DNA from: Nemertoderma westbladi | Taxonomy: Eukaryota > Animalia > Xenacoelomorpha | Reading direction: 5' to 3' | Assembly: GCA_032718475.1 (NCBI GenBank) | Contig: JAUCBJ010005836.1 | Span: 1-41,524 of the forward strand | Length of the DNA stretch: 41,524 nucleotides | Shown: positions 34,800-41,524 of the stretch, one piece after another | Numbering within the stretch: position 1 is the first letter of the stretch | How the letters are laid out: every line of letters begins with the position of its first letter | Made by a program: the position numbers and the translations under genes | The notes under the pieces: generated by a model | Seen by the model: only the letters and a program-made list of their open reading frames with translations | What the model was told of the DNA's origin: nothing | Databases searched by the model: none

Positions 34800-35383
34800 C
34801 ACTGCGTCGTACCGGTACTAGACTAGACTTTGAATGATTCCAACTGAACTCTGAAACTGTAAGCTTGACGATGAGTATGGTGTGTCATTCAAGGCGATAA
34901 CTGTTCCGCTAGATGGAAACCACAAAGAGTCTAAACGACAAAACGAAGTTTGGACTTGGTCGTCTTCATTCTGAGTTTATTGGACGCAGTCCAATAATGC
35001 TTCCATTCCGGGTTTATTTGGACTCGGCGACTTTGATATCGGGTTTACTTTGGTACTTGGGTTTACTTTGGTTTACAGGTGCCACCCATTGCCACCTGCC
35101 ATATTAATGTTCAACCGAGCATTTTTCGCCGCCACATCGTACTCATCGTGAAGCCTTCAGTTAGTCGGTATCCCCCAACTGGCTGGTATCGCCACTAGCA
35201 ATGCTATAGATACCTGCCAGTTGCCCCTCTGCATTACTATTTATTTAATATTCATTATAATTGTTACTAGTTATGTGCATTGGGTGAATCTGCTAATATA
35301 GGTCCGGGCCTATCCCGAGTTGAGTTGAGTATCGTTAATATGAGTAGTCTAGTCTAGTACAGTAGTACCGGTACAACGCAGTG
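34800..35383. mobile_element. Degenerate foldback/MITE with two nested inverted-repeat pairs
   Basis: Outer pair CACTGCGTCGTACCGGTAC..TAGACTAGACT / AGTCTAGTCTA..GTACCGGTACAACGCAGTG; inner pair GCTTGACGATGAGTATGGTGTG / CACATCGTACTCATCGTGAAGC. Confidence 0.6.
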
Positions 35384-35567
35384 CATTTTACTGAAGTACT
35401 GGCTAAATTGTTATCAATTCTGAGATTTAAAACTCCTTAAAAGTTTAAAACGTGTAACGGTAGTTAATTATGTCGTTTACTTTTGAATTTTCGCTGAAAA
35501 AAAAATATAAAAAAATATAGCAAACCATAGTTTCTGCCTCATTTTTGATAAATATAGGTGTTTCTAG

Positions 35568-35865
35568 ATGTTTCCGGCCTTTATCAAACTCGGTAATTAT
35601 TATATAGCTGTAGCGTTTCCACGTATTATTAAGTACGTTTGAACGACCATTCAGCCATTAATTATCTAATGTCAGGATTGTTTGGCTAGTGTCGTTCAAA
35701 AGTACTAATACCCTGTTTCCAGGTGTTTCCAGCCATTTTCCAGGGTTTTCAGCTTTTCAGTACATACCAAGCAAGGACTACTCTACCATTGCAGGTGCAG
35801 CCATATACAGGTATACGCAACAGTCTGACAGTGCTTACCCGTAATATATGTGAGTGAAAACGCAG
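35568..35865. repeat. Distal right arm segment of the inverted duplication (partner 15510-15817)
   Basis: Reverse-complement alignment over ~300 bp. Confidence 0.85.
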
Positions 35866-36437
35866 AATACACTACACACTACACTGATTAATGACAATCA
35901 CAAATATAGGCCTACAGCTGTACAGTAGGGCGGTGAGTGTTTTACTTTTTTTCGATTTCATTGTTCTACCGGTGCACAAAAGTTGCCAAATGGTAAAAAA
36001 ATAAGGCAAAAAAATTTATTTAAATTTCATCTATGTCTTCAAGGATCCCAAGAGGGTTGAAATTTTGTGCCATCGCGATGCACCATAATGAAATTTATAA
36101 CAATATAACACATTGATGAAAGATCAATGACTCAAAAAAGAACTTCCTGCATGCATCAAATGTCAACAAATGGGTCCAAACATAGTTAGATACCAAAATT
36201 TCAATTTTTGGATCAAGGGAAGTAGTGCCACAGGCACATGACCACCCTATAAACACAAGACGTCATTTTCTCAGGCCGTTCAGGTCATATGACGTCTTTT
36301 GACGTCTTCTGGGTCCTGGACATAAAAATCCAGAAAGAATAGACGTCACAAAATCGTTACACATTAACTCGTCAGTATATGGTATAATGACGTCGATTTC
36401 ACGTGTAAATTATGTACAAAGGCGGTCGTATTACAGT

Positions 36438-36502
36438 ATTACCCATGATGCATTGCGTGTTACCCATGATGCATTGCGCATTATTACCCATGATGCATTG
36501 CG
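36438..36502. repeat. ~21-24-bp tandem repeat x3
   Basis: TTACCCATGATGCATTGCG occurs three times. Confidence 0.9.
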
Positions 36503-37058
36503 CCTAATTGTGTTGGTATTACAATGATTACGCAGTATTAACCTTGGCATCTTGGTGCAATATGCATTATCATCATACACTGATACAATATGCATTATCA
36601 CATTACGCATTATGCACATCAGAGTTTTACCTGTACTGCTGTAGTTTTATGTTTTATCTGTCAATAAGACAGTAAGAATATCTGAATACAGGAATAACTG
36701 AGTAGGCCTAAAGCAGTTATGGTACAGCAGTTGGCAGTTAAGAGAGATTTCTGTGATTGTCAGATTGTATTGCTGTATTGTAAGTAATATGCCTATCTGC
36801 CTATATCTGTATATACAGATATACCTGTATACTGATATATAATTTTTTTAATTAGGCCTATATGGATTGCTAGCAAAACATTATAGTATTAGGCCTGCCT
36901 ACAGTCAGACAGTTGACAGTGTGCAGCATTATATAGGCCTACCGGTACTGCCTGACTGCATTCTGGCATTAGGCAGTTATGTTAGGTCAGTCAGTATGTC
37001 TGTAAGTAGGCCTAGGCTGCTACTGTGCTAGGTGGGTAGGCCTTACCAGACTGGAATC

Positions 37059-37264
37059 CAGGGTAAATCTTTTCGACCTACGCGTAGGCCTACGCGTAGC
37101 TACGCGTAGCTACGCGTAGTTTGTAACTTCCATTCCTGTCATTTACCGGTAGGGCCAGACTTACTGCCTTTTTAACAACTACGCGTAGGTGTTTTAAAAC
37201 TACGCGTAGTTATTTTGGAACTACGCGTAGGTATTTTGAAACTACGCGTAGGTGCTACGCGTAG
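37059..37264. mobile_element. Terminal fragment of a hAT-like element with palindromic subterminal repeats
   Basis: CAGGGTAAATC start followed by nine copies of the palindrome CTACGCGTAG. No partner end seen. Confidence 0.55.
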
Positions 37265-38204
37265 CAGTCCTGATAACAATGATTTTTCATTTCAGGTCCG
37301 GTAGGGTTGAGTTGTTAGGCAAGTATCGGTATATGTCAGGTATCTGATTATCAGACAAATGTAATAACAGAATCGGAAACTCATATCTCTACATACAGCA
37401 CTGGTAATAAATAATATTCGGCTCTTTCACATACAAACACCGTTGATGAATAAAAAGTAAACTTGAAATTCACGTCTCATGATTCATGTATCGTTGTTTC
37501 CATTGGATTATTTAAATATTGAACAGTAGTATTGAACCTCAGTGAAGAGGTTAAGCGAAAGCTGATAAATACTGCATATAATCAAATTGTGTGGTCAAAT
37601 GACAAGTGCAACCAATCATGGTAGACAATTTAGTCTCCCCCTTCCCTTGTCAAGGGGTTAACATATTAAATACTGTATATAAAAAGCAAATAAAAAGCAT
37701 AGAGAATCGATAAGAACCATCGGCCTATTTCCTTTGTAAACTATTTTTGAACTCTAAACATTAATTATTAACACATTTTACAGCCCGCAACGCATGAAGT
37801 GAAGAATATGTAGTTTTCGCGTATTCCTCTATATAGAGTATACAGGTATAGGATACATTACTGTTGAAAGCATTTGATGGTTGTGGGTTGTGAGTGCATG
37901 AGTAGTTAAATTCCTGATTTTAAAGTAAGCTGTGTTAGTGTTACTTGAATTGTAGTAGGATACTATTATACTGTACAATACATACATAAATATACTATAA
38001 TCAAGGACTACAGTACTCTACTAGAGAGACTAGTAGAGTAGTCCTTGACTATAATCTGTGTTGGGTAACTGGTCGCTGAAATAATGGGACTACCCGTCCA
38101 GTGGCCAGCTCCACATGACATCACATTTGTTATAATTTTATGTAATTTGTTAAATTTTTGCAGTCTATGTGTGAGAAATTGTTAATATATCTTATCTTAT
38201 CTAA

Positions 38205-38518
38205 ATCCAACTACTCGAATGCATTGTTCACTCAGTTGCTGGACAAAGGACAACGCTGGTCTTATTACTGTTTACGAAAACATTGACAGACCCGAGTTGT
38301 TCTATTACGACAGGAATCAACAATTTTCTGTCCTTAAAATAAAAATGAGCTTCCCTCCTTTCAAATAATTATTTAATGCAAATTTTATTATTCTGTATAC
38401 AATGTAAAATGTGCCAGCCGGAATTACTGTGACGTCACACACATTAAACAGCCATCTGAATTCCTTGATATTTTATTTAAAAATGCTCACATATTTCAAC
38501 ATTCGTTCCGCTTTAAAT
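38205..38518 (+). pseudogene. Second, shorter EEF2KMT-like 3' fragment plus the same Kolobok-like end
   Basis: Direct repeat of ~29007-29345 (LFTQLL..DNAGLITVYENIDRPELFYYDRNQQFSVLKIK) with indels. Confidence 0.7.
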
Positions 38519-38526
38519 GTAATTAA

Positions 38527-38679
38527 GTGACATTTCTCAAAGTTTGAGATACCCAACTAAAAGTGTCTACTGTACAAGAATTTAAAGCGGCCGTTGGGAG
38601 TAATGTAATGACTTTTAGACACTTTTAGAAAAACTTTGAGAAAATCTCAAAGAACAGATGCACTTTGAGACCCCGACTG
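38527..38679. mobile_element. Orphan right end of the CAGTCGGGG element family
   Basis: Near-identical to parts of ~40651-40828, ending GAGACCCCGACTG|TA. Confidence 0.85.
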
Positions 38680-38819
38680 TAGTAAGTCCTTTAGTTTTAT
38701 TCACTGTTCAACTTTCTCCTGTTATATTACTGTATGTGCAGTTTTATTTAAATGATTAAAGCAATATGTAATAAATAAACTGATTGTGACCAATAGCAAT
38801 AATGACTGATCAGCTCATA

Positions 38820-40828
38820 CAGTCGGGGTCTCAAAGTGCATCTGTTCTTTGAGATTTTCTCAAAGAACTAAAAGTGTCTCAAAGTTCTAAAAGTGGTCCA
38901 AGAAAATGACAAAGTGTCCTCAAAGATTTCAAAGTAGTACTGTCAGTCATTTCATACAGTCCTGCCTGAAGCTGGCTATGGTATGGGGTATATTGACTTT
39001 GACTACTAAAGGGTAAAATATAAGTAATAAAAACCTCTATGAAACAATAAAGATGCCTCCAAAAAATACTGCAGTAATAAATATTTGTTACTGAAAGTAA
39101 GAATTAAACTTACTGCAGTAATAAAAATTTGTCTTTTTCTGCAGTAACAAATAATTTGTTACTGCAGTAGAAATTTTTATTCAATTATTTATTAATATTG
39201 ATTACTGCAGTATAAATTTTTATTCAATTATTTATTAATTTATTAATATTGATTATTGCAGTAATAAATATTTGTTACTGCAGTAATAAATATTTATTAC
39301 TGCAGTAATAAATATTTGTTACTGCAGTAATTGTTATATGTTACTGCAGTAACTAATATTTAATACAGCAGTATTTTTTGTAGGTATTTTTATTGTTTCA
39401 TAGAGGATTTTATTAATTTATATTTGGACTCTTTAGAGACGCCATAATTGCGGGCTATCGGAATGTGTTGGTATTTGTGTCATAGACAGTTTGTCTGTTG
39501 CCCTATCTATATTAATGTATAGTGCTAAAACTGTACTGTTTAAATTTGTTTAGCCCACGTGAACGCCGAATACCTTTACCAATGCATTTCAATGGTCAAC
39601 CAGCCATACTTTGCCGCACTGTAAATTGTGTTATACAAAGTAAAGAATAACGATAGAGGCAGGAATAAAGATAAATGATTCAAGCGCACTAATTGGCTGT
39701 TCCCATAGATGTTTTAGGCATTGTTGGTGCGCAATGCATATGGTCAGAGCGACCGCCCAGTCTGCCAAAATCTATTATGTAATCAAATGGTACCACAAGC
39801 CAAGCAAAGCATGTGACAGTTCTTTCCGACTCTGCACCTGTTTGTTTGAAGGTCGCCGTCCGTGGGTCGCTACTCACTAGCTGTGATTGATAGTTTAAAC
39901 TGGGTGCCGCTTTGCCAGAAGGCGGTACACATCAATTGAATATGAGGCAAACATTTAAAATATGCTCAAATATAAACGCCAGCGGCAGGGGATATTTTAA
40001 TATCTCTATTAAGCTAAAACAACACAAGATTGTAGCCGTTCTATCGTACTTGAAAGTCGAAAGCCTTTCTTAGTTTTTAAGAAGGAATTCTCGCGCTCTC
40101 GTCAACATAGTTATCATATTAATTAAACAGTTAAGGTAGTACGGTTTGACCTGAGGTGACTAATGAAATGAATAACAAATGTTATTACAAGCTTTCTCCC
40201 AACAGGGCTTCTTTAGGTCATTATAATGAAACTGCGTATACACAGAGATACTACAGTGCAGTTTCTCTTATATTAATTGTTAATCTGATATTGTATTATG
40301 TTATTAAAATAATCAATCTTGTCAAGCATTAATCTTGTTTCACTAATTATGTTTCATGTATTATTTGAATGAATGTTTTTTAGAAAGACTTTAGGGTGCC
40401 GTAAATTCAATTTGTACTTGCGACCGAAAACCCATCCTGTAATGACCTCAGGAACCTCAATTTGATAAATTAATGGGAATATAGCTTCTATGCAACAACT
40501 GGCCAGCACACAAGTATCACTTTGTTGCCCGCATAATATTGTTCCCCGAGAATGCCTCTGCCTCTCAGTTAACTTACCACGAGCTGTCAATCAGGAATAC
40601 CTCGGAGTTTATTTTCTCAAAGAATTAAAAGTGCCGCAAACTACCTCAAAGTGACATTTCTCAAAGAATTCAAAGTGCCTAAAAGCAGGAAATCACTTTG
40701 AGATTCCCAACTAAAAGTGTCTACAAGAATTCAAAGCGGCCGTTGGGAGTAATGTAATGACTTTTAGACACTTTTAGAAAAACTTTGAGAAAATCTCAAA
40801 GAACAGATGCACTTTGAGACCCCGACTG
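38820..40828. mobile_element. Non-autonomous Tc1/mariner(pogo)-like element
   Basis: Perfect 46-bp TIR CAGTCGGGGTCTCAAAGTGCATCTGTTCTTTGAGATTTTCTCAAAG and TA TSD (38818-38819, 40829-40830). Confidence 0.88.
39006..39436. mobile_element. Foldback MITE with internal TACTGCAGTA minisatellite
   Basis: ~70-bp imperfect TIR containing CCTCTATGAAACAATAAA; the interior is ~22-bp repeats of TTACTGCAGTAATAAATATTTG. Confidence 0.8.
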
Positions 40829-40830
40829 TA

Positions 40831-41524
40831 GTTTGAAGTTTTGAAGTTTTTTATTACACCAAAACACTATAGAAACAATAATAGAGACGCAAATGGAAAC
40901 AAATTATATCTTCTTAAACTAAACAAAAATGACTCGACTATGTACATAATCTATTCACTAAGTATACAATGATTACAATTCACAGTAATATAATGGAATA
41001 ATGAATGGGAGGATATGATGCTTACTAATACAAGACAACACAACGTACAATACGAACACAAATGCATTAAAAGTAAAGGTAAAACATACTGTATAAGATT
41101 ACATTCTAATTAAAACTTTGATATGTTCAATAAAACATGGCAGTGGTTGATTACATTAAGTGCTGGATCAACTAATAATAATGATAATTAACTAAAATTG
41201 AAATTAAAATTCGCCTCCCGCATGCTTTAAAATAAAATTGTTATTATTTTAAAAAGTGTAGTAAGAACAAATTACTGTACATACTGTATACAACGGAGAA
41301 GCAGGACATACTGTATATTAAAAAGAAATAGAAAATATAGTTTGTCTGATACGGTTTGCAACGTAAATTTGAGTGAGGTGGCGCTTGAGGATTGCCTCAT
41401 GAGGTAAAACCTCGTTTCCATGAGGGTCCTCGAGGAATAATACAAAAATAGACAATGTTTAAAATTTTAACTGAAATATACAATTATAACTAAAATGGTC
41501 AATATTTAAAATCATAACTAAGAC
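40831..41524 (-). mobile_element. 3' UTR and tail of a second L2/Crack-group LINE, running off the window
   Basis: Minus strand has the same structured motif as 10836-10882 (at 41387-41432), then AATAAA and a short ACTTCAA tandem tail at ~40831-40855. Confidence 0.7.

Overview
AT-rich animal (probably invertebrate) genomic DNA, not prokaryotic. Most of the window is nested, decayed transposable elements: CR1/L2-group and RTE LINEs, a Copia remnant with one LTR, a solo LTR, two tRNA-derived SINEs, and hAT-, piggyBac-, CMC-, Kolobok- and Tc1/mariner-like non-autonomous DNA elements. Several have exact TIR/TSD boundaries. The only long host ORFs are two convergent paralogous tandem C2H2 zinc-finger genes with uninterrupted CDSs (18108-19814 +, 30655-32445 -), which sit in the arms of an inverted duplication. 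They share an N-terminus of tandem IKxE SUMO-consensus repeats plus a SIM-like patch. Their 16-17 fingers are built from the same finger types in different orders, with variation concentrated at DNA-contact positions. This is the best candidate for an undescribed system, by inference a lineage-specific KRAB/FiNZ-like transposon-targeting repressor family. Other highlights are a 65-bp identical hairpin block downstream of both ZNF genes, a covarying RNA structure in the 3' UTRs of two LINE copies, and two EEF2KMT-like pseudogene fragments each followed by the same Kolobok-like end. All family assignments come from motif recognition by eye; no searches were run.
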